Assembly: GCA_002269645.1 (NCBI GenBank)
Contig: NIVC01001944.1
Coordinates: forward strand, 1 to 64,000
Source: Macrostomum lignano
Taxonomy: Eukaryota
DNA length: 64,000 bases
Reading direction: 5' to 3'
Part shown: positions 1-10,109 of the stretch, piece after piece
Layout: each line of letters opens with the position of its first letter
How positions within the stretch are numbered: the stretch's first letter is position 1
The notes under the pieces: model-generated
Database searches by the model: none
Seen by the model: the letters and a program-made list of their open reading frames with translations, nothing else
Told to the model about the DNA's origin: nothing
Translations under genes and position numbers: made by a program

Positions 1-2358
1 TGTATTTGGGAGTGCTGTCTTTGGGTGGCGCTTGATCTCGCCACACTGATTTTGGGCGAGATTCTTACCAGCCCTCTGAGATCCGCCCTCTCTCCCCGGA
101 TTCACCCAGCAGCGCAAGCCGGTGGTGGGCAGCAGGAGGCCATCGGGCTGCAGAGGCCCCAAACCGGAGCCCCACAGAAGCTGCTGCTCTTCGGTGGCAG
201 AGGAATAGAATAGAATAGAATATAGAATAGAATAGAATAGAATAGAATAGAATAGAATAGAATAGAATAGAATAGAATAGAATAGACAATAGAATAGAAT
301 ATTCTTGGATACTGCACTGTCTAAGAAGAATTATTTATTCTTTTTTCTCTTTAGACTGTTATTTTTGGCTGCTAAGAAATTATTTTACCTCGCGTACTTC
401 AGCCGCACTACTAAGTAGTGCAAAAAGGATATGAAAGGTAGAATCGTGTTTTATGCGCATAGCGAATGACTTTGCGACTGTCAATACACATTACTGGACT
501 GGTCACCAGAGGAAATGTGCTATAGCAAATTATCTATGCAACAAACATACTGCGCGAGAACACACTGCCCTTCCATGGGGGCGCTGTATTTGGGAGTGCT
601 GTCTTTGGTGGCGCTTGATCTCGCCACACTGATTTTGGGCGAGATTCTTACCAGCCCTCTGAGATCCGCCCTCTCTCCCCGGATTCACCCAGCAGCGCAA
701 GCCGGTGGTGGGCAGCAGGAGGCCATCGGGCTGCAGAGGCCCCAAACCGGAGCCCCACAGAAGCTGCTGCTCTTCGGTGGCAGAGGAAATAGAATAGAAT
801 AGAATAGAATAGAATAGAATAGAATAGAATAGAATAGAATAGAATAGAATAGAATAGAATACAATAGAATAGAATATTCTTGGATACTGCACTGTCTAAG
901 AAGAATTATTTATTCTTTTTTCTCTTTAGACTGTTATTTTTGGCTGCTAAGAAATTATTTTACCTCGCGTACTTCAGCCGCACTACTAAGTAGTGCAAAA
1001 AGGATATGAAAGGTAGAATCGTGTTTTATGCGCATAGCGAATGACTTTGCGACTGTCAATACACATTACTGGACTGGTCACCAGAGGAAATGTGCTATAG
1101 CAAATTATCTATGCAACAAACATACTGCGCGAGAACACACTGCCCTTCCATGGGGGCGCTGTATTTGGGAGTGCTGTCTTTGGGTGGCGCTTGATCTCGC
1201 CACACTGATTTTGGGCGAGATTCTTACCAGCCCTCTGAGATCCGCCCTCTCTCCCCGGATTCACCCAGCAGCGCAAGCCGGTGGTGGGCAGCAGGAGGCC
1301 ATCGGGCTGCAGAGGCCCCAAACCGGAGCCCCACAGAAGCTGCTGCTCTTCGGTGGCAGAGGAATAGAATAGAATAGAATAGAATAGAATAGAATAGAAT
1401 AGAATAGAATAGAATAGAATAGAATAGAATACAATAGAATAGAATATTCTTGGATACTGCACTGTCTAAGAAGAATTATTTATTCTTTTTTCTCTTTAGA
1501 CTGTTATTTTTGGCTGCTAAGAAATTATTTTACCTCGCGTACTTCAGCCGCACTACTAAGTAGTGCAAAAAGGATATGAAAGGTAGAATCGTGTTTTATG
1601 CGCATAGCGAATGACTTTGCGACTGTCAATACACATTACTGGACTGGTCACCAGAGGAAATGTGCTATAGCAAATTATCTATGCAACAAACATACTGCGC
1701 GAGAACACACTGCCCTTCCATGGGGGCGCTGTATTTGGGAGTGCTGTCTTTGGGTGGCGCTTGATCTCGCCACACTGATTTTGGGCGAGATTCTTACCAG
1801 CCCTCTGAGATCCGCCCTCTCTCCCCGGACTCACCCAGCAGCGCAAGCCGGTGGTGGGCAGCAGGAGGCCATCGGGCTGCAGAGGCCCCAAACCGGAGCC
1901 CCACAGAAGCTGCTGCTCTTCGGTGGCAGAGGAATAGAATAGAATAGAATAGAATAGAATAGAATAGAATAGAATAGAATAGAATAGAATAGAATAGAAT
2001 AGAATAGAATACAATAGAATAGAATATTCTTGGATACTGCACTGTCTAAGAAGAATTATTTATTCTTTTTTCTCTTTAGACTGTTATTTTTGGCTGCTAA
2101 GAAATTATTTTACCTCGCGTACTTCAGCCGCACTACTAAGTAGTGCAAAAAGGATATGAAAGGTAGAATCGTGTTTTATGCGCATAGCGAATGACTTTGC
2201 GACTGTCAATACACATTACTGGACTGGTCACCAGAGGAAATGTGCTATAGCAAATTATCTATGCAACAAACATACTGCGCGAGAACACACTGCCCTTCCA
2301 TGGGGGCGCTGTATTTGGGAGTGCTGTCTTTGGGTGGCGCTTGATCTCGCCACACTGA
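1..2358. repeat. Tandem array of a ~570-580 bp unit (about 4 copies plus partials), each containing an (AGAAT)n microsatellite
   Basis: The anchor ACTGCACTGTCTAAG recurs at 311, 886, 1456 and 2036. The spacing (575, 570, 580) varies mainly with (AGAAT)n length. The array breaks off mid-unit at 2358 and runs off the left edge of the window. Confidence 0.95.
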
Positions 2359-2656
2359 TCCATTGGCACTGGAGTTATCGCAGCTATTCTTAACAAAATA
2401 ACTCAGGTTGAAAGAGATCTTGCAGAGTGGATCGCGAATAATATATATTTGCTACTTTTCCTCTGCAGTGCTTGAGGCTCTAGCTTAATCAGCTTTCCAG
2501 ATATTCAATGGCGGAGATTCCGAAAAATTCTAATGTATTCAAATGGGGGAATTCGGGAAAATCAATCAGGAATTGCCAAGCTGTAGTAATAAACTCAGAT
2601 TTGAGATTCTACAGATCATTAGAGCGTGCCAGTCGGTGTCTTCCGCAGAATGAAGG

Positions 2657-2897
2657 TTCTTGGGTCAGGATAGGAGATTCTTGGGTGAGGCTATTCTTGG
2701 GTCAGCATGGAAGATTCTTGGGTCAGGATAGGAGATTCTTGGGTGAGGCTATTCTTGGGTCAGCATGGAAGATTATTGGGTCAGGATAGGAGATTCTTGG
2801 GTGAGGCTATTCTTGGGTCAGCATGGAAGATTCTTGGGTCAGGATAGGAGATTCTTGGGTGAGGCTATTCTTGGGTCAGCATGGAAGATTCTTGGGT
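2657..2897. repeat. 58-bp tandem repeat, about 4 copies
   Basis: GGTCAGGATAGGAGATTCTTGGGTGAGGCTATTCTTGGGTCAGCATGGAAGAT recurs at 2663, 2721 and 2779, then about 2837. Confidence 0.9.
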
Positions 2898-3828
2898 ACT
2901 GACACTTCGATGACATGTTTTATCAGTTTGAAGAATACCTTGCACGGCTTTAGACTCAGTTTTCGAGCTGGTATCTAAGCACAGTCTCATTCAAGCTGTA
3001 GTTAAGCCAGTATTATCTTCACTTCAGCAGCGCATACAACTTATCCGATTTCAGTGGCGTCCTGGTTCATTTTGCCCCTACTGAGCGGTGGAATCTCCAT
3101 TGCCCTGTTCTACTTTATCCAGGTCTTCATCCTTATACTAAGGTGATTATGTAAAGCTTTAAAAATGTTTACTTTTAATTTGTGATTGTGTGCACAAGCG
3201 CGCACTAGCAGAGGCGCACACTGGCAGAGGCGCGCACCGGCACAAGAGCGCAGCAGCACAAGAGCGCACTGGCAGAGGCGCGCACTTTTGACACGCTGTA
3301 GCATAAGCGCGCTGTCTGTCTGTCTGTCTGTCAGACGGCATGTCTGAGAGAAACCCTACAAACTGAAACACACAGGGAAGGCAGAAACAAGTATTTGCAG
3401 AATGCGAGTAAAAACAGACGCCAGCCTATAAATTGGTCCATAAAATATTTCTTTATATTGTTTGTCACAGATAAGACGCCCAAGCTAATTACAAAAAAAC
3501 AGCCGCAAAAAAGATTAAGCTGAAAATTGTCTGCCCAACCAAATTTAAAAACTGTTAAAAGACCAACAATTAAAGTAATAAAGTTGAAGAGAAAAAATAC
3601 AATAGTAGGCACTATCTACTGCTATAGGTAAAATTAAACGAGGCACTGATAAGAAAACGATAAAAAATATTTTACGAGCGTACTACCAAAGCGAGAGAAA
3701 AGTGAGGGATGGAAAAATAACAGATAAAATTGAAAAAGTCCATAAACAGACCGACACCGCAGATAATAGTTAAACAGCTACAACTAGCTACTTAAGGACA
3801 GTAGTGCAAGCGCATGCTAGTGCAGTTT

Positions 3829-5322
3829 TTAAATAATCGACGAATTCAGCCGGAAATTCGGCTCCGAGTTCAGCTGCTGGTGACCAGACAGTGTGGCGTC
3901 GAATTCGCCCTCGTAATCTTCGTCATCGTTATCCACTTTGACATCAAGATCGAGGTCGTCCTCGGATTTCGGATCGGCGGAGGCCTGCAGGTTAGGGGTG
4001 GCGACCGAGTTTTTGAAAGGCCATTTGAGGACAGGGAGATGATGATAAATGAGGTCATTCAAGGATGAGGAAATATATGCCATGAAAGGTCGATATTTAG
4101 GGACACGGACAGGGGTCATGTAGGACAAGACAAGGGGTTATTTAGGGACATGAGTATTGGTCATTTAAGGTCACAAACATCATGACGGTATCACATGTTT
4201 AGTTGCACGCATATAAAGTGGTGAGTCATACATTAACATGGGTTGATAAAATTTCCCAGCTCACCGATCGATTATAGCCTAGCCGGGAGTCGGTCTCGCC
4301 GTCTCGACTATCGTCGTTGCCCCCAGCCAGCGATGCGGCTAAACAAGCGGCCACATCGAAGGCGGTTGTAGCGGCAGCAGCGTTAGCAGCAGTCCTACTA
4401 CCCATAGTATTGCTGCCTAACACAGCAGCGCCGGTAGTATTCGCCAGTGGCAAATAAATTTTTCTAGCCACCACCGTCTGCTTCTGCTGCTGCTGCTGGC
4501 TGTCAGAGCCGGTCGCTCCCGATGCCGGGTATCGCCGACGGCCGGAACGGGCGCGCAGCTGCGGCTCCCCTGCACTCAGGCGTCTCTGCGCGAGAGATAA
4601 GAATAGGAAAGGGGTCAAATGAGGACAATAATTCTAAGCAGAGGTCATTTCAGGACAAAAATCAACCCTGGGGTCAGTTGAGGACAAAAGTCTACCCAGG
4701 GGTCATTTGAGGACAGAATCTATCTGGAGGTCATTTGAGGACAAACTAATATACGTAAAGATCATTTGAGGGCAAACATCTACCGTGGGGTCATTGAAGA
4801 CAGAGGTTATTTGGGGCAAAAAAAGTGCGCAGGGGTCAACTGTCCTTACCTGGCCAACAGTTGTGACGGCGGCGGCGGAGGCGGCGCACCACCCCGTCGG
4901 AACAAGGCGGCAGCGTCAGCGCCTTTGACAGTCGCCGATTGGCCCGCCTGGGTCGGCCGCCGAGATCGCCAAGACTGGGCGACATGGACGACGCCTGCTC
5001 CGTCGAAGACTGCTGCGGCAGAGTTGTTGTTAAAGAGTCGGTGGCCATCGACGCGGCAGCGGCGACGGCGGCTGCGGCCGTGGCGTCGAGTAGAGGCTGG
5101 TCCAAGACAACGGCTGCCGACAGCTGCTGGCGAGAGCAGACGGCTCGACTCGAAGGCTCTGCTGGCAGGCGCGGCAACAGCGGCGCCGAATGATGAAGCG
5201 CAGTTTAGCCGAACGATCGCGCTCCGCAAGGACCTGCAATTGCAGCTGCATGCGAAGATTGGTCAGGTCCATCTGGAGGTCGTCCACACGATGCAGGCGT
5301 TTCTCGTAGTGCTGCCGAATCT
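3829..5322 (-). CDS. 3' exons of a DLK/LZK (MAP3K12/13)-like kinase gene: leucine zipper plus low-complexity tail; no kinase exons seen
   Basis: Exons at about 5322-4850, 4585-4265 and 3984-3829 (TAA), with AG/GT boundaries. The first exon reads EIRQHYEKRLHRVDDLQMDLTNLRMQLQLQ, which resembles the DLK zipper [29 protein letters not shown]. The frame is broken later in that exon (indel or assembly error). The exon 2 to exon 3 phase is consistent. Confidence 0.6.
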
Positions 5323-5675
5323 CTGGGGCGAAAGAAATGACAAGAGACTGTTAGGCGGCAAACAAGGACACAGGACTTCTAGAGGTTAAAGGACACAAAA
5401 GGTCTCTTAGAGGTCGAATGAGAACACAGAACTATAAGGGTAAAATGAGGACACAGGACTGTTAGGGGTCAAATGAGGACACGGGACTGTTGAGGGTCAA
5501 TTGAGGACACGGAGCTGTTATGGGTCAAACTAGGACACGCGGGGACTGTTGTTGTGATAAGTTTTTGCATCATGTAGCAAACAGACCATGGCACATTTGC
5601 ACTAATGCACCATATCTAGACCAGCAGTATCTGAAATAGAAGCAAAAGCCATTTATAAGATAATATACATGTAGG

Positions 5676-5967
5676 TCAGTGAAGCAAATATCTAAAATTG
5701 TTAACAGAAGTATAAAAGAAAAATGAACAAGAAAAAATGGTGCTCAGTTAGCCGATTCTAAAAGTGAATCGTGGATCCCCTGAGCCACGAAGAGGCCGAA
5801 CACCGTTCAGGGGGTTAATCCATAGTTCACTTTGCAGAGCAAAACAAATTCCACAGCACAGTAAACAGTGCACAGCGGTCTTTTGCAGCATTGAACTAAG
5901 GATCAATCCCGCCACTAAGAGCGGGAAGCCACAGCAAGAAATGCAAAGCGGCCAGCTTTTTGAAAGC
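5676..5967. repeat. 292-bp direct repeat, copy A, just downstream of the ZnF-SET stop codon
   Basis: TCAGTGAAGC...TTTTTGAAAGC matches 9655-9946 with no difference seen by eye; offset 3979 bp. Confidence 0.95.
5739..5813 (-). ncRNA. Putative HDV/CPEB3-like self-cleaving ribozyme fold, copy A
   Basis: Minus strand: P1 CCCCUGA/UCAGGGG; P2 GGUGUUCG/UGAGCACC; P3 GCC/GGC; L3 UCUUCGU; P1.1 U-A plus C.U; P4 CGAUUC/GAAUCG; J4/2 CUAAC with the catalytic-C equivalent at 5751. Atypical feature: +1 is C paired to G rather than a purine. Confidence 0.7.
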
Positions 5968-6035
5968 CGATAAAATCTTATAGCGAACTCCCCATGCAAC
6001 GGGGGCTGATGGTTTCAGAGAATAAACTTAGCCTT

Positions 6036-7996
6036 TCAGTCTTTAAGCCACGGATGCAGTCGAAGCACATCCGAGCGCCTTTCTCCATAATCGTAGAGTA
6101 GCTCCTCGCCTCGAGCAATGTCTCGAATGGCTTGGAAGACCAGATGCGGTTTATTGTTTACATCAGCAACAATCGGCTTCAAGTTATTTCTTCGCCGGCT
6201 ATGGTTAATGTACCGACCGACGTACTGGAAAGTGTTGGTTGCGTCGATGCAATAAGCTTGATCTCGCCAGGAAAAGAAAAACAAGAAGCAGCATGGCTTC
6301 CCTTGCTTTACAATATCTTCCTCCCGGGCGAGGCGTGCTTTTTGTCCTTGGATTAATTCTCCACCGTAAGTACAGACGACAGTGCCTTTTGGGAGGTCCG
6401 TACGGGCAAATGCCCCCAGACCCTCTGCGTCGACGCTACCGGCCTGAACCACGACGTTGCCGGTAGAAATCATTGTCTGTCGAACCACATCGGCCATAGT
6501 GAGTTGCCTCATAGACGCCATTTCGGTCGGCAGGGATCGCTCTGGACTCCCACGGCTAGCTCGGCCGTGAGGCGTCACGTGAAGGAGCGGCGTGCATGCT
6601 CCGTCCGGAGTTGTGATAGTGTCCGGGACTAGACGCTCGCGATTAGCTGCCATTGCAGGAGGGGCAACCGCAGCAGCGTGGCTATTTGAGTCCTCAGGCG
6701 AAGTCACAGTCGGCTCGAAAGGCGGATCATTGGACAGGCCATCTTTATTGGCTTCTCCTCTTTGGAGCCGAACGCTAAGGGGAACCTGACAGTGAAGAAA
6801 ATGAAGAGGACAAATGATTCATAGTGGTAACGGCATACAAATGCAGATTAACCCCAACGCTTTAATCTTTGCATTGAATAAACATGCAACAAAATTGTTC
6901 CTAAGAACACTGTTTCACACAATAAACTGTGGACTTCATTTAGTTTGACCAACTTACTTCATTGGAGGTCGCCGGTACAGCGTCGGTAGATAAGGCGACG
7001 TCTATAGTTGCAGCAGCGGCAGACTCCGGGACCAGAAGCTCGCGATTAGCTGCCATTGCAGGAGGGGCAACCGCAGCAGCGTGGCTATTTGAGTCCTCAG
7101 GCGAAGTCACAGTCGGCTCGAAAGGCGGATCATTGGACAGGCCATCTTTATTGGCTTCTCCTCTTTGGAGCCGAACGCTAAGGGGAACCTGACAGTGAAG
7201 AAAAAAGTACATCATAATGGTTACAACATGCAATTAAAGATGAACGTAACCCTTTGTTATTTTCATTAAACATACATGCAACCCAGCTGATGGTAAGATA
7301 ATTGCTCTACACCATAAACCATGGACCAGCATAAAAGACCCACCCCTTGTTGTTAATCCCTAATATTTCCTTTTGAGCAAAGTATCTAAAAGCTTTTATT
7401 TATTCATTTTTCACTTTCATCTTCTCAAATTTACCAAACATTCAACTTTTTAAGAAAAGTTGCGACCTGACCTGACCCGCGACCTGATGCTTTCAAGGTT
7501 ACAGGCCGCAGCGTTTTAACAACAAAAAACCATGGACACAAATTTTAGTTTAACACACCTCATTGGAGGTCGCCATTTCAGCGTCGGTAGCTAAGTCCGC
7601 GTCCATTGTTATAGCGGCGGCAGATTCCGGCAGGCTTTCAAGCGGCAAGGCTGGATTAAGATTTAGTTGAGGCCGGATGCCGTAAAAGGCCAACAACCGC
7701 AGGCCCTCAATTCTGTCATATGCCCTTGCCCTCGCATCAGCTACGGCTGCACGGCCGACAACAAATGCTTCGCCGAAATGGCACAGCCGCATGTGTTGTC
7801 TCATATTAGAGGCGGCAAATGAGCTGCACAGCTGGCAAAGCTTTAAATCTCTTTTGCCATGCCAACGTTTGTAGAGAATGTAGGCTTCGACTCGATCGTA
7901 GTTTGCTGTATGCTTGCTTCGAGCGTGTCGAAGGAGGGTGGCGGACCGATTGGTGGAATAGTCACACATCGGGCAAATAAACTGGTCAGGGTCCAT
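6036..7996 (-). CDS. C2H2 zinc-finger / SETD8 (PR-Set7, KMT5A)-type SET-domain fusion protein, about 472 aa, 3 exons
   Basis: Exons 7996-7559, 7188-6958 and 6785-6036, all phase 0 with GT-AG boundaries. Zinc fingers: CPMCDYSTNRSATLLRHARSKH and CQLCSSFAASNMRQHMRLCH. SET motifs: GLGAFA, VCTYGG, YCIDAT, GRYINHS, GEELLYDYG and a terminal HPWLKD, matching the SETD8 C-terminus GEELLYDYG...HPWLKH. Confidence 0.85.
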
Positions 7997-8358
7997 ATTG
8001 AATTGATTCAAGTTTTCAACGTAAACGTTTAGAGTAAAATTTAGTTCTCGATAAAACGTGTCGCGCAAACTTTCTGAAAATGAGGAAAAATCAAAATGAA
8101 ACCTTTAACTACGGTGAAAGATGAATGAACTAGGCATCTTGGTAATAGGTACTTTACAATGCACTCTTAAAGACTGTCAGACTGAAAGCAAAGAAGGCAT
8201 GTTCCGCTCGCTCGTAGTCTCAGGACAATAATAAAAGGCAGCTGAACAGATCAAATCAAATGTTTATTTGAAAGGTTGGGCGATACAACGGACTTGATAA
8301 CGCATTACAGTCCCGAATTTCTGCATAGTAGCATTAGGTTGCCAGTCACACTGAAGTT

Positions 8359-8976
8359 TTAAAGCAAATCGAGTAGTGAAACGGAATTCGAAATTGTAGG
8401 ATTTGCATTTTGTTGCAACGAAACGCTGGGAGAAGCTGGATTAAAAAAGCCATTGAAATCATTGTCTAACGTAGTTACACTACAACTGTGGCAGGGGCAT
8501 GTACAATGGCTATCAGGGCAATTGAAAATGTTTGAACGTAAAACACTTGGACCGGAGAGCTGTGAATCGGCACACTTTTCGGAGGGGTTCCTGGCGGCTA
8601 GTGATTGCAGCTTAGAAATTAAAACTTCAGCGTTTTCTTTAGCCTCGTCTAAGTTATAGGTAGATTGCGAATTTCCATTTGTCTTAGATTGCTTTCCATG
8701 TTTTACCCTAACATGGCTTGGTAAATTCGAAGTGATAACACTGCAAACAGGACACTGATAGAGGTAACCCGATTCGGTTCGCTTCTTTGCCTTTAAAAGT
8801 CCAAAAAGGCGGATTGTGGCATCAATTTGCTCTTCAGTGGCATCAGGGTGCTTTCGATTGCAATGTACCTTGAAACCAGATGCGCGTCCTGTCCAAGCAT
8901 TGCAGATCAAACAGGAAATCTGCGTATGAACCTGCACCATGTGAGACATTGTCCCGCGGGTGACATTCAAGAGCAT
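8359..8976 (-). CDS. C2H2 zinc-finger protein (5' exons not resolved)
   Basis: CLICNAWTGRASGFKVHCNRKH and CPVCSVITSNLPSHVRVKH. A minus-strand AATAAA about 90 nt after the stop suggests a separate gene. Confidence 0.65.
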   Translation of the reverse strand: MLLNVTRGTMSHMVQVHTQISCLICNAWTGRASGFKVHCNRKHPDATEEQIDATIRLFGLLKAKKRTESGYLYQCPVCSVITSNLPSHVRVKHGKQSKTNGNSQSTYNLDEAKENAEVLISKLQSLAARNPSEKCADSQLSGPSVLRSNIFNCPDSHCTCPCHSCSVTTLDNDFNGFFNPASPSVSLQQNANPTISNSVSLLDLL

Positions 8977-9654
8977 CGGGAAAACGTTGTGGGCTTATTA
9001 TTATACTGCTTCCAGGGAGGTTAGGCAAATTAAGTCTTAATTTTTGTATTCTAAGACAATGACGGAGAGGAAATGCTTTAGAGTATAAAAAATTCTGAAT
9101 CTCACATCTGAATCTCCTATCCTCTGATCGGAACCAGGTCTATCTTCCAACATGAACATCCTTTCCTCTCAACTGAAACCCTCGAGTCCGAGTCAATAAG
9201 GCTACAGGCCAAGCAGGGTGCCATTAGTTAGTGTGGGCAGTTACATTTTCAATCTCCCCAGCCAAGCCTAAAGTGCTGCTATAAATGGGATAATGAGTGC
9301 ATGGCGGGATGGGTCACTGCTATTGCTTATGGTTAACACGTAACAAAAGTAAAAGACAAAAATGTGTATATCACGATTACTAGTTCCACTTTTATTATAC
9401 TTTCGCGCTATCTTTGAAGCAGTATGCAAATATACTATTGGCATAGCGGGCGTCTAAACGCAGGCTAACATAAGAGAACTGACAAATTGCAGTGAGTGTC
9501 AAAGTGTAGTACAACGAAAAGGGACAAAAGTAAGACGCATATGCGCCTCTCGCTGCAACGACAGGCGACTGCATATAAATGCATGAAATATTAAGTAATA
9601 CAAACGAGAGAATAAAACACATTCAAGAAAGTTGCTCGTAGTTATAAATTTCAA

Positions 9655-9946
9655 TCAGTGAAGCAAATATCTAAAATTGTTAACAGAAGTATAAAAGAAA
9701 AATGAACAAGAAAAAATGGTGCTCAGTTAGCCGATTCTAAAAGTGAATCGTGGATCCCCTGAGCCACGAAGAGGCCGAACACCGTTCAGGGGGTTAATCC
9801 ATAGTTCACTTTGCAGAGCAAAACAAATTCCACAGCACAGTAAACAGTGCACAGCGGTCTTTTGCAGCATTGAACTAAGGATCAATCCCGCCACTAAGAG
9901 CGGGAAGCCACAGCAAGAAATGCAAAGCGGCCAGCTTTTTGAAAGC
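9655..9946. repeat. 292-bp direct repeat, copy B, downstream of the KDZ transposase stop codon
   Basis: Matches 5676-5967. Confidence 0.95.
9718..9792 (-). ncRNA. Putative HDV/CPEB3-like self-cleaving ribozyme fold, copy B
   Basis: Same sequence and fold as 5739-5813. Confidence 0.7.
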
Positions 9947-10109
9947 TGAAATACTGCTTACTTTGGTAGGCTGTAAACTTTACAGTAAATTTCTAAGAGA
10001 AATCGGTATACGTTTATAAACTGGTTTAGAATTTCATGTAAACAAGCTAGTTTACATCCGAAATATGATTATCCTATGGATAACAGTTTCAAGTAATCGA
10101 GTTTCGGAA

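Noticed and set aside
68-205. Repeated exon-like block as part of the DLK kinase domain (LLWG...RCW)
   Set aside because: The resemblance is weak and the block lies downstream of the gene's stop codon, in the wrong order.
300-480. Spliced-leader or snRNA gene in the 570-bp unit (ATTTTTGG Sm-like site, GCACTAC hairpin)
   Set aside because: No recognisable leader exon and donor upstream of the Sm-like site; the motif is short enough to arise by chance in AT-rich DNA.
5738-5961. Plus-strand Pol III gene (A-box-like TGCTCAGTTAG, terminal T run)
   Set aside because: There is no convincing B box or cloverleaf, and the G.U pairs and ribozyme core work only on the minus strand.
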